From Sedimentisphaerales bacterium (GTDB lineage Bacteria > Planctomycetota > Phycisphaerae > Sedimentisphaerales > SM23-30), in NCBI GenBank assembly GCA_963663965.2, contig CAXXFK010000007.1:1-64000 (forward strand): DNA of 64,000 nt, read 5' to 3'. Position numbers and translations under genes: made by a program. Under the pieces are notes generated by a model that was not told the DNA's origin, did not search any database, and worked only from the letters and a program-made list of their open reading frames with translations. Of this stretch, positions 55,785-64,000 are shown piece by piece; the stretch's first letter is position 1; each line of letters starts with the position of its first letter.

Positions 55785-57633
55785 ATAGGGTATATTTGGC
55801 GGGTAATGTCACCATAAAGACCGCCCCCTGCCCCTCCTCGCCGCCGACACTTACGGTGCCTTCAAGGATTCCGACCAGCTCTCTGACAATGGCAAGTCCC
55901 AGTCCGACACCGGTATGTTCTCGTGTCACAGAGCCATCGAGTTGGCGGAATTTATCAAATATAATTTCCCGATCCTTTTCGGGCACTCCCGGCCCGGTAT
56001 CGCTGATCGCGACTTGCAGCCAGGGCCGACCAGATTCCTGATGAACGATGCGAGCCCGGATATCGATGCGCCCATCCGGGGGGGTAAATTTTAATGCATT
56101 ACTGAGAATGTTATATAAAATCTGTTGCAGTTTGCCCGCATCAGACTCAATGGTGGCGACATCTGATTCCAGATAAAGATTCAGTTTGAGATTTTTTTCT
56201 TCGGCTTGAGGCCGGGTGATATTCAGCAGGGTATCAACCACATCCCGGAACGAGAACCGGCTGATATGCACTTCCACGCGCCCCGCCTCAATGCGCGCCA
56301 ATTCCAGCAAGTCATTAATAATAGACAGGAGCAGTTGGCCGGATTCCATGATATTGTCGGAGTAGCGGATTTCTTTAGTATCGCCACGCCCCCGTGCTCT
56401 TTCATTCAGAATCTCGGCAAAGCCAATAATGGCGTTTAATGGGGTGCGCAATTCATGGGAAACGTTGGCCAGGAATTCGCTTTTCAGCTTATTCGATTCA
56501 TATAAGGCGATATTCCGGGCTTCGAGCTCGCCCAGCCGGGAATCCAGGGCGCGATATGATTCTCGCAACTGGTCATGAGTAATGCGCAGACGGGTCAGCA
56601 TCTGATAAAAGGCGTCGGCAAGACGTTCGAATTCATCGCCGGTTTTAATGGTTTCGATTATTTTCAGGGCCGCTTCCCAGCTGTCTTCATGAGAACGGAT
56701 ATCTGATTCGGCGTCGGTAGAATTGTTGCCAGGTTCTTCATCGGCTTCTGCATCGTGCGGGCCTACCGTTACCTGGTCGGCCGCGTGGCGCAAGGCCCGG
56801 ACGGGGCCGAGAATCACGCGCTGGGTAATCAGATAAAAAATTACAATCGCGCACAGACAAGACAGAACGCCTCCCACGATGATGGCAATTCGATTGAATA
56901 ACAGGGTGGTGGCCGTTTGACCGGCCGGCAACACTACCGAGATCAGGCCCACCAGCTGGCCTTCGGTAAAGATTTTGAGCTTGGGAGGGATCCGGCCTCC
57001 TTCTGTGACTTGAGATTCCAGCGTTGCGACAGCCTGGGCGCCGTGACAGAACAGGCAGCGCCCGTTAACTCGCAACGCACTGACATAGTGGCCCTGAACT
57101 TCACCCGGCAGAGAAGACCTGACGGTTTCTAAGAAATTAGGATCTTGTGGATCAATCCAGACAAAGTCCGGGGGTTGTTCCAATTGTGTAGGCCATTTGT
57201 TAAAAACAAACCGTTCATTTAGCGAGGGGTCTTCACGAAAATGTCGAATGCCGTTGCGAATGAAACCGTTTTGAGGAATATTCGACAAGTCATCTGGATC
57301 TTCATTCAGGCTCAGCCATTGGGTAAAAGGGGCTGGATTGCGGTTTTCGTTTTCTGGTTTTGGCTCTTCGTCATTAGTTGATTCAGACGATGGCATCAAG
57401 GGCCGGGGCCGGGACGGATCCTGATTGAGGTGCTGTTTAATAATATTTGAGACTTCGACCCGGGCCAGTTCGAGCTTGCCTTGTTCGACAAGCTTATCCA
57501 TCCACCGGTAAGGGATGATCAGGCCGGCGCTGACCACCAGCAATACTGCCGCGGCGAATCCAATGCGGCATTTCGTCGCCAGTGATAGCGAAAAGCGCTT
57601 GTCCGGATCGAATTTAAAAAACCATTTTACCAT
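55783..57633 (-). CDS. Sensor histidine kinase with periplasmic c-type heme motif (DUF3365-like) and HAMP domain
   Basis: CLFCH between two TM helices; VSHELRTPL, NILSNALKF, DTGPG, GVGLGL. Confidence 0.9.
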   Translation of the reverse strand: MVKWFFKFDPDKRFSLSLATKCRIGFAAAVLLVVSAGLIIPYRWMDKLVEQGKLELARVEVSNIIKQHLNQDPSRPRPLMPSSESTNDEEPKPENENRNPAPFTQWLSLNEDPDDLSNIPQNGFIRNGIRHFREDPSLNERFVFNKWPTQLEQPPDFVWIDPQDPNFLETVRSSLPGEVQGHYVSALRVNGRCLFCHGAQAVATLESQVTEGGRIPPKLKIFTEGQLVGLISVVLPAGQTATTLLFNRIAIIVGGVLSCLCAIVIFYLITQRVILGPVRALRHAADQVTVGPHDAEADEEPGNNSTDAESDIRSHEDSWEAALKIIETIKTGDEFERLADAFYQMLTRLRITHDQLRESYRALDSRLGELEARNIALYESNKLKSEFLANVSHELRTPLNAIIGFAEILNERARGRGDTKEIRYSDNIMESGQLLLSIINDLLELARIEAGRVEVHISRFSFRDVVDTLLNITRPQAEEKNLKLNLYLESDVATIESDAGKLQQILYNILSNALKFTPPDGRIDIRARIVHQESGRPWLQVAISDTGPGVPEKDREIIFDKFRQLDGSVTREHTGVGLGLAIVRELVGILEGTVSVGGEEGQGAVFMVTLPAKYTL

Positions 57634-59900
57634 AAATTGAGTTTGGGGGCCATGATGCTGGATGGCTCGATATTCATTTCGCGGAGGAGGTCATGGGCGC
57701 GATCGACATAATCCATGATCCACAGGACATAACGAATGTCTGCGTGAATGGACCGGTTTATTTCCGGCACAAACATCCAGTCGCTGACGAGACCTTCGGT
57801 AATGCCATCGAACAGCAAGCCGACCAGTTCGCCCCGGTTGTTCATGGTGGCGGATCCTGAATTGCCCCCCGTTGTGTCAACATCTGACAGGAAGTCAACG
57901 GTAACTTCATTGTAATCCGGGTGAATATAAGGCCCCCAGATTTGTTTTCGCAAGGCCTGGATTTCTCTATCGGGAGCATTGAATGGCTCTTCGCCAGTAT
58001 TCTTCTGTATAATCTGGTGAGTGGTGGTAAAGGGATCATAAACCTCGTCATCAGGTTGCGGTCGATAACCATGGACCTTGCCATAGGTGACCCTGAGCGT
58101 ACTATTGGCATCGGGCGCGAGAACCCCACCCACAAACTGACGCAGGGCCTGCATATAGCGGGGCCGCAATATGGCCATTTTTCCGCTGTAACGCTTGCCA
58201 TCATCTTCCTGTGTTTTCAAGATGGAGTGAAGGCGTAAAGCCATCTGTATAAAAGCATCGTCATTTTGCCCAAGGCCTTCCATGGAAGCTGATTTCAACC
58301 ATTCCACCCGCTTTTCAACATCTTCGATGGTTATGGCCTGGTGGTATAATTTATCTACCGCCGAGTCAATCTGATCAGGGCCGAGCGAGGGCTGGCCAGT
58401 CAGGGCCTGAAGAATGTCAGAGTTCTGGTCCGGCTCGAGTTTAATCAATTCGGCCAGATGGAAACGGAGCATTGCCTGGTCAATAGCCCGATCATAGCTG
58501 TCTTGCTTGCGATATTGCCCCTGGATCATGTTGTCCCAGTTTCGTTTTTGATAGGCGGGGTCACGTCTGGCGTCTGATTTGGGTCGTTCTTCCGCCATTC
58601 GCACGATATCCCGGGCGGAGCCCAGCATATCTACTGTTCTTAAAAGGCTGCCCAGCAAAACATTGCGTTTATGTGCCTGGTGTTGTTCGGCATTAACTTT
58701 TTCAATTTCATCAAGAACCGTACCGAATTGTTCGATCCGCCGTGGGTCCTGATTAATCCATGATATTAAGTCGGCCTGTTGCTGTTCTTTTGTGGCCAGG
58801 AAGTTCCAATGTTGCAGGCTTTCCTGTAAGTAGGTCATGTATTGCGAACTGTTCATATAGCCAAAGCGCTGGCGCTTGACTTTGATTTCGAGTTCTTCAG
58901 ACTGCTTACCCAGTTCATCCAGTAATGCAATCAACTGATTGTATAAGTAAATGCGAAATGGATTGGCGGTTTCAATGGTAAATTTCGCTTCATCGGCAGT
59001 TTTGAGGCGGGAGGTCCGGCCGGGGAAGCCGGCAACCATGACGAAGTCGCCCGCCCGCAGAGGGGTAGTGGCAAGCTTAAGATAATGTTTGGGGCGATAG
59101 GGCACATTATCGGGCGAATAGTCAGCGGGTTTGCCATCTGGTCCGACATAAGCCCGGAAAAAGGCATAGTCTCCGCAATGGCGCGGCCAATGCCAGTTGT
59201 CGACATCGCCGCCAAAATACCCGATGCCGCTGGCCGGGGCATAAACCAGGCGGATGTCTTTAATTTCAAGCTGTTTGATGAGGACGTATAAATCTCCTTC
59301 AAAATAGCTTTTTACCGACGCGCGGATACCCGCTTCAGCAGTTTCGCATTTTTTTACCATTTTTTTGATACGGTTTTCGATTTCGTCATGACGCTTCAAA
59401 TCATCCTTAATTTTGTTGAGGCCATGCGTTATGGTGTCAGTTACATCAATAAATTCCTGACAGACATAAACACGGCTGCCGGCTTCTTTGGGGCGTTCAT
59501 CCGCGCGATCTTTGGCAAGAAATCCGTTTTGAAGCATATTTTCTTCAGGAGTGGAGTTGTATTGTAATGATGAAATGGCGCAGTGATGGTTGGTGATAAT
59601 CAGGCCTTCCGGCGATACAAAGGAGGAAGAGCAGCCGCCAAAATTAACGATGGCGCCCAATGGGAAGCCCAGGGGGTCAGATAAGGTATCGGCAACTTCG
59701 ACGCCCAGCGCTTCAAGGATGGCCCGATGATATTCCAGCTGGCGGGGCATCCACATCCCGCCGGGGTCTTCAAAGGATTCCAGTGAAACACCTTCGGCGC
59801 TGAGCGGTTCTATGGGCTCAACTTGTGCCGGACGTGGGGCGCAACCCGAGAACGTGATAAGCAGCATCGGGACAATTGCGAATAGCAGGGCCTTTTTCAT
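57627..59900 (-). CDS. S46 family dipeptidyl peptidase lipoprotein (DPP7-like)
   Basis: Lipobox FSGC; GGMWMP, TNHHC, DNWHWPRH.GD, TTGGNSGS, GLLFDG. Confidence 0.93.
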   Translation of the reverse strand: MKKALLFAIVPMLLITFSGCAPRPAQVEPIEPLSAEGVSLESFEDPGGMWMPRQLEYHRAILEALGVEVADTLSDPLGFPLGAIVNFGGCSSSFVSPEGLIITNHHCAISSLQYNSTPEENMLQNGFLAKDRADERPKEAGSRVYVCQEFIDVTDTITHGLNKIKDDLKRHDEIENRIKKMVKKCETAEAGIRASVKSYFEGDLYVLIKQLEIKDIRLVYAPASGIGYFGGDVDNWHWPRHCGDYAFFRAYVGPDGKPADYSPDNVPYRPKHYLKLATTPLRAGDFVMVAGFPGRTSRLKTADEAKFTIETANPFRIYLYNQLIALLDELGKQSEELEIKVKRQRFGYMNSSQYMTYLQESLQHWNFLATKEQQQADLISWINQDPRRIEQFGTVLDEIEKVNAEQHQAHKRNVLLGSLLRTVDMLGSARDIVRMAEERPKSDARRDPAYQKRNWDNMIQGQYRKQDSYDRAIDQAMLRFHLAELIKLEPDQNSDILQALTGQPSLGPDQIDSAVDKLYHQAITIEDVEKRVEWLKSASMEGLGQNDDAFIQMALRLHSILKTQEDDGKRYSGKMAILRPRYMQALRQFVGGVLAPDANSTLRVTYGKVHGYRPQPDDEVYDPFTTTHQIIQKNTGEEPFNAPDREIQALRKQIWGPYIHPDYNEVTVDFLSDVDTTGGNSGSATMNNRGELVGLLFDGITEGLVSDWMFVPEINRSIHADIRYVLWIMDYVDRAHDLLREMNIEPSSIMAPKLNLW

Positions 59901-60045
59901 TTTTGGGATACCTTTCTCTGAACAGAAGCATAAATTCTGGTTCTTTATAAGTTTTAAGCTTAAAGATCCTATAATAACCGCGGTTGGGAGTTATGACAAT
60001 GAGGAAATGTGGCTCTCATAACGGTTTATGTAAAGAAATGGATTT

Positions 60046-60245
60046 ATTGGCTTCGTTTCGTCGGGCAATGGCCGGGATAGGGATTGGTGATAATGGGATC
60101 GGTTTTCGGAGTGACTGACGCGGCCGGTTAAGTGAATTGTGAACATTGGGTTCGTTCCGCAGGGCCATGGTGGCAGCCCACGCTGGTTGCAACCTGTTGC
60201 TTTATAAATACTTTGGAATAAACCGGCTGACAATGGGTTCGTTTT
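60046..60245 (+). repeat. Four dispersed copies of an A(A/T)TGG(C/G)TTCGTT-type motif in an intergenic region
   Basis: ATTGGCTTCGTTTCG 60046, AATGGGATCGGTTTTCG 60092, ATTGGGTTCGTTCCG 60145, AATGGGTTCGTTTT 60232. Confidence 0.7.
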
Positions 60246-60289
60246 AAAACTTAACAGCCACGGGCTTGATCTAATATTGGGCGATCTTT

Positions 60290-60805
60290 TTATTGAACAG
60301 AGGATTGGAGTTGTTGCATTTTCAGGGCGTAGCGATAGCAGAAATAAAGCGGGAAAATGCCGACAATGCCAAACTGGCAATCGATTATTTGCCAGAAAAA
60401 AGGAATGCCGCGCAGGGGGCCGCAGATCAGGGCAAGCGGCAAGATCATCAGGCAGAGCAGCATGCCCCACTGAAACAGCCAGATATTGCGGACCGGGTCG
60501 CGCCAGGCGCCCCAGAAGGCCAGGGCAATGCCAAGGTGGGCAAGGGCCAGCCAATCGGTGCCGTAAAACATAAAGGGCTGGTGGCGCTGGATCTCGTTCA
60601 GGCCATTGTATATTTTATCAATCCAGGCGGCCAAAGATGCCAGATGGGCGCCGATTGGCGAACCGCAGCCGAAATGGCGATGTAAAATTCCCAGTTCCCA
60701 GACCAGGGGGAACGCGGTGATTCCACTGAGTAGCAGGCCGAGAATAAACGCGGCCAGAATAATTCGCAATCGAAACAGCAGTCGATGATACTCTTGATTC
60801 ATCAC
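60290..60805 (-). CDS. Conserved hypothetical membrane protein
   Basis: GLLLSGITAFPL..EL, YGTDWLALAH, RDPVRN.W, RGIPFFWQIIDC.FG; start GTG 60805 or ATG 60802 after GAGG. Confidence 0.75.
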   Translation of the reverse strand: MMNQEYHRLLFRLRIILAAFILGLLLSGITAFPLVWELGILHRHFGCGSPIGAHLASLAAWIDKIYNGLNEIQRHQPFMFYGTDWLALAHLGIALAFWGAWRDPVRNIWLFQWGMLLCLMILPLALICGPLRGIPFFWQIIDCQFGIVGIFPLYFCYRYALKMQQLQSSVQ

Positions 60806-61038
60806 ACACCTCAGGAACAAATAATGATTTTGAGTTTTTAGATAAAACTCATGATGGGAGGGATTATTTGCTGTTATTGAATTGTTGACAAATATTTTAC
60901 ACATAGACAGCTTTGTCCGGATGGGTATAATAACCAGACAGGATAAGTTATCGCGTCTGAATGTTATGGGAACACTGTCCGATCAAAAAGAGCGACAAAG
61001 CCAATAATAACTTTTTATAGACCAAAGGATGTGTGTTT

Positions 61039-62874
61039 ATGATCGATCGAGAACGACATTGGCGGCGGGGTTTTACTTTAATCGAATTACTGGTAGTGGT
61101 TGGATTGATCGCGCTATTAACCAGCCTGGCGATTCCGGCGTTGAATAAGGCCCGTGAGGTTTTGAAGGGCAAAACCAAGGCGCCAGCCCTGCAAGTGGTG
61201 CAGGCCGAGGCCCCCCCGACCAATTTGCCCGGGTTGCCGGAGGCAAGGCAGCTTTTCGATTCAGTCCATATGAATGTTATCATTAATGCCCAATACCAGA
61301 GTCAAGGCTTCGACATTGTAAACAGCTATGATGCGTTGTGTTCGGGACAATTTGGATTTCATACTGTTGCGAATCAACCCAACATTCAATTGTTTATACC
61401 ATTTCCCATGGATATTCTGGAGGCGAGAGATATCTAGGTCCGTTTTATCAGCGAATCGGATGGCCGGCAATGGGAGCCGGATAACATTGTTTATTATCAA
61501 CAGGGCATATACTGGGAAGGCGCGCTTCGGGCAGAGGGGCGCTATCGGGTTCAGGCCAGTTTCACGGTTCGGGGCCAGGAGTATTTTCACTATCGATTGC
61601 CCGCGATAAACAAGCTGGATACTTTGGGCTATACGGTTGAATTTCATGGTGTTGAAACCTTTACTGTTCCGAAACACTGTCTTCAGCCAACCCAAAGTTC
61701 AGACAATAAGCTGGAGTGGTCCTTTAACAATATTATTACCAACAGACCGCTGGCGATTGAGATTCCGGGCGCCCGCAGCGCGATGGGAGGCGTCACTCTA
61801 TTGTCGCGCCTGGCCGCAATTGCCGTGCTGTTGTTTGGTGCGGGATTCTGGTATCTAAGCGAATGGAATAAGCCGGGGCAACTGAAGGATTTTCGCTGGG
61901 GGCATTTTTTCTTACTGGCATTGAATTATTCATTGTTTTTTATTATCTTTGCAATTATCCGTTTTCAGGGGCATATTGGAACCTGGCTGGCGATTGTCCT
62001 GTCGGCGGCCCTGTCTTTGCCCTTGCTGTTTTTACACCTGACGCGATTTTTGAATCGTGATTTTGCCCTTAAATATATTTTACCGCTGGCCGTGTTCACG
62101 CTGGCGATCGTTATCAACGGAGTTTATGGGCGCACATTACGAGACTATGTCTTTGTTGCCGCGCTGGTGGCCGTACTGGGCTTTGTTACGGTGACATTCA
62201 AGGCGTGGGCCGAAAAACGGACGGACTATCTGGCCGATATCCAGCGGCAGCGCAAAGAAAAATTTGACGCGCTATGCCATCGGTTTTATGTTGAGGCCGG
62301 CAAACCCTGGGCCCAGGCCCTGGCGCTCGATAGCGAGGCGGCTCGCCTGATGAATTTGCATCAAGACGTTCAAAGCCGGGCTTCGGGCGCGATGATCCAG
62401 CAGGCCCATGAGGCCATGAAGCGTTTGCAGGGTGAGTACAAGCAAATGAGTGAATCTCTGGAGCTTTATTCAAAGAGCAACAGCCTGTTGTCTGATCCCC
62501 TGCTTAACGAGAAGCAGTCTTCGATGGGGCGGTTTGAGGGTCAGCTTAACGGAGTGATGAAGACCTTGGAACAGGCGATGGCAGACTTTAATCAAGAGTT
62601 GGTTTCCGGCCGGGCCGGAGACGATGTTGCCGGCGTTTGTTGTCTGGCCTGCGGAAGCCGGGTGTCGCCGAGCCGGTTCTGCCCGGAATGTGGCGCCGCC
62701 CAGGCGATATCACCGGCATGTGAGGGGTGTGGTGCCACGATTACCATTGCGTCCCATATGGTTTGTGATTCGACCGAGCCATTGAAACTGTTTTGTCCCC
62801 AGTGTGGCCGGGCCTACCGGCCAGTGACCATTCCGGTGGCATTCTCCACCGAAAAAGAGGCCGCGAAGGAATGA
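61039..62874 (+). pseudogene. Prepilin-type N-terminus + CreD-like membrane region + coiled coil + double zinc ribbon, interrupted by one in-frame TAG
   Basis: RRG|FTLIELLVVV; TAG 61435-61437; the same frame continues VRFISESDGRQWEP...HYRLPAINK into the 61597 ORF; about 6 TM helices; four CxxC motifs at the C-terminus. Confidence 0.75.
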
Positions 62875-62948
62875 GGCGATGCGGGACTGTCTGAAAGGCA
62901 ATTTATGTTGAGAAAAGTAAGATTTATCTCCCAGGAAAGGAATGCAGG

Positions 62949-63464
62949 ATGAGTTATATTATGGTGGATATCGAGGCGGACGGCCCGATACCGGGCGACT
63001 ATTCGATGGTCTGTTTCGGCGCGATTGTTATCGAGCCGGATTTGAACCGGTCGTTCTATGGTCAGTTGAGACCGGTTTCGCAACACTGGGCGCCTGAAGC
63101 CCTGAAAGTCAGTGGATTCTGCCGCCAGGAAACGCTCGCCTTTGACGCGCCTGAAATAGTAATGGCGAAATTCGATAAGTGGATTCAGGCTAACAGCAAG
63201 GGCCGGCCGATGTTTGTTTCAGACAATAACGGGTTTGACTGGCAGTTCATCAACTGGTATTTCCATCATTTTCTGGGCCGCAACCCATTCGGGCACAGTT
63301 CAACCAACCTGGGATCACTTTATAAGGGGCTAGTAAGAAATATGGGCCAGAACTTTAAACACTTGCGCCGGACACGGCACACGCACCACCCGGTAGATGA
63401 TGCCCGGGGCAATGCCGAAGCCATGCTTCATCTGGCGGATGAATATGGACTGAATATAAGGTGA
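62949..63464 (+). CDS. DEDDh 3'-5' exonuclease (RNase AS/Rv2179c-like)
   Basis: VDIEADG, DNNGFDW, HHPVDDA. Confidence 0.85.
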   Translation: MSYIMVDIEADGPIPGDYSMVCFGAIVIEPDLNRSFYGQLRPVSQHWAPEALKVSGFCRQETLAFDAPEIVMAKFDKWIQANSKGRPMFVSDNNGFDWQFINWYFHHFLGRNPFGHSSTNLGSLYKGLVRNMGQNFKHLRRTRHTHHPVDDARGNAEAMLHLADEYGLNIR

Positions 63465-63476
63465 TGTACGATTGGC

Positions 63477-64000
63477 CTAGAGAATTTTGGGAGAGTCGGC
63501 ATTTTTTATCGGCAGGGTAAATCGGACGGTGGCGCCAGAATTGTGATCTGTCGATTCAATCCAGATGGTCCCGCCATGGGCTTCAACAATGCGCTTAACA
63601 ACGCTTAGTCCCAGTCCGTAACCGGAATGTCGTTTGTCGAGTTGTTTAAAGGCCTCGAAAATTTCGTGACGATCCTCGGGGGCAATCCCCATGCCGTTAT
63701 CCTGTACAAAAAAGACCGCGCTGTCGCTACGCATATCGAAACCGATCCGAATGACTGGCGGGTGATTTTTTCTGCGGTATTTAATGGCATTTTCTATCAG
63801 ATTCTGGAAAACCTGGCCTATGCGCACCGGATCGCCCTGTACGATCGGCATAGATGGCTGAATCTGGATATCTGCCTGGTGTTCTGCAATTGTGGCGGAT
63901 AATAGCCGGGCAACATCCTCAACCAGTTCGGTCACAGGGATATCAACCGGTTTTTCCAGTGATTTGCCAGCGCGGGATAATTTGAGTACTCTGTCGATCA
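63477..64000 (-). CDS. C-terminal HATPase part of a sensor histidine kinase (5' end outside window)
   Basis: QVFQNLIENAIKY, DNGMGI, GYGLGL, HGGTIW. Confidence 0.9.
   Translation of the reverse strand, partial: IDRVLKLSRAGKSLEKPVDIPVTELVEDVARLLSATIAEHQADIQIQPSMPIVQGDPVRIGQVFQNLIENAIKYRRKNHPPVIRIGFDMRSDSAVFFVQDNGMGIAPEDRHEIFEAFKQLDKRHSGYGLGLSVVKRIVEAHGGTIWIESTDHNSGATVRFTLPIKNADSPKIL

Noticed and set aside
60046..60245. Possible CRISPR array
   Set aside because: Repeats are only about 12-15 bp and degenerate, spacing is irregular and no cas genes are present; kept as a non-CRISPR repeat.
59991..60554. 187-aa minus-strand ORF
   Set aside because: Overlaps the membrane-protein gene in another frame and runs through the intergenic repeat; no recognisable domain.

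Overview
A 64 kb window of a bacterial chromosome. Several gene styles point to Planctomycetota, probably Phycisphaerae/Sedimentisphaerales-like (inference): ECF sigma with a large anti-sigma, a VPAPG-type PEP-CTERM tail, a dockerin-like C-terminus, a planctomycete-style prepilin N-terminus, DUF3352-like proteins and a Tat sulfatase. The window appears to contain the replication origin: a DnaA-box cluster and AT-rich tract between ruvA and dnaN-dciA-gyrB, with no dnaA or recF beside it and gyrA about 11.6 kb away on the opposite strand. Other content includes metK, larB, a pabB-pabC fusion, glycan-degrading enzymes, two-component systems, secreted proteases and beta-propeller proteins. Main oddities: (1) a prepilin/CreD-like/zinc-ribbon gene broken by one in-frame TAG; (2) a glycoside hydrolase frameshifted at a 12-nt homopolymer; (3) an intergenic array of four short A(A/T)TGG(C/G)TTCGTT-type repeats; (4) a 25-bp YAA-N4-TT-N7-AA-N4-TTA motif recurring in intergenic DNA; (5) an excisionase-like HTH fused to a methyltransferase, with in-phase direct repeats upstream; (6) a methylcobamide-methyltransferase-like protein with two thioredoxin-like domains; (7) an RmlD-like protein lacking its catalytic residues; (8) an uncalled 52-aa membrane ORF and a Sel1 remnant. 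No rRNA, tRNA, CRISPR array or transposase was recognised. All family assignments come from reading motifs by eye, not from database searches.
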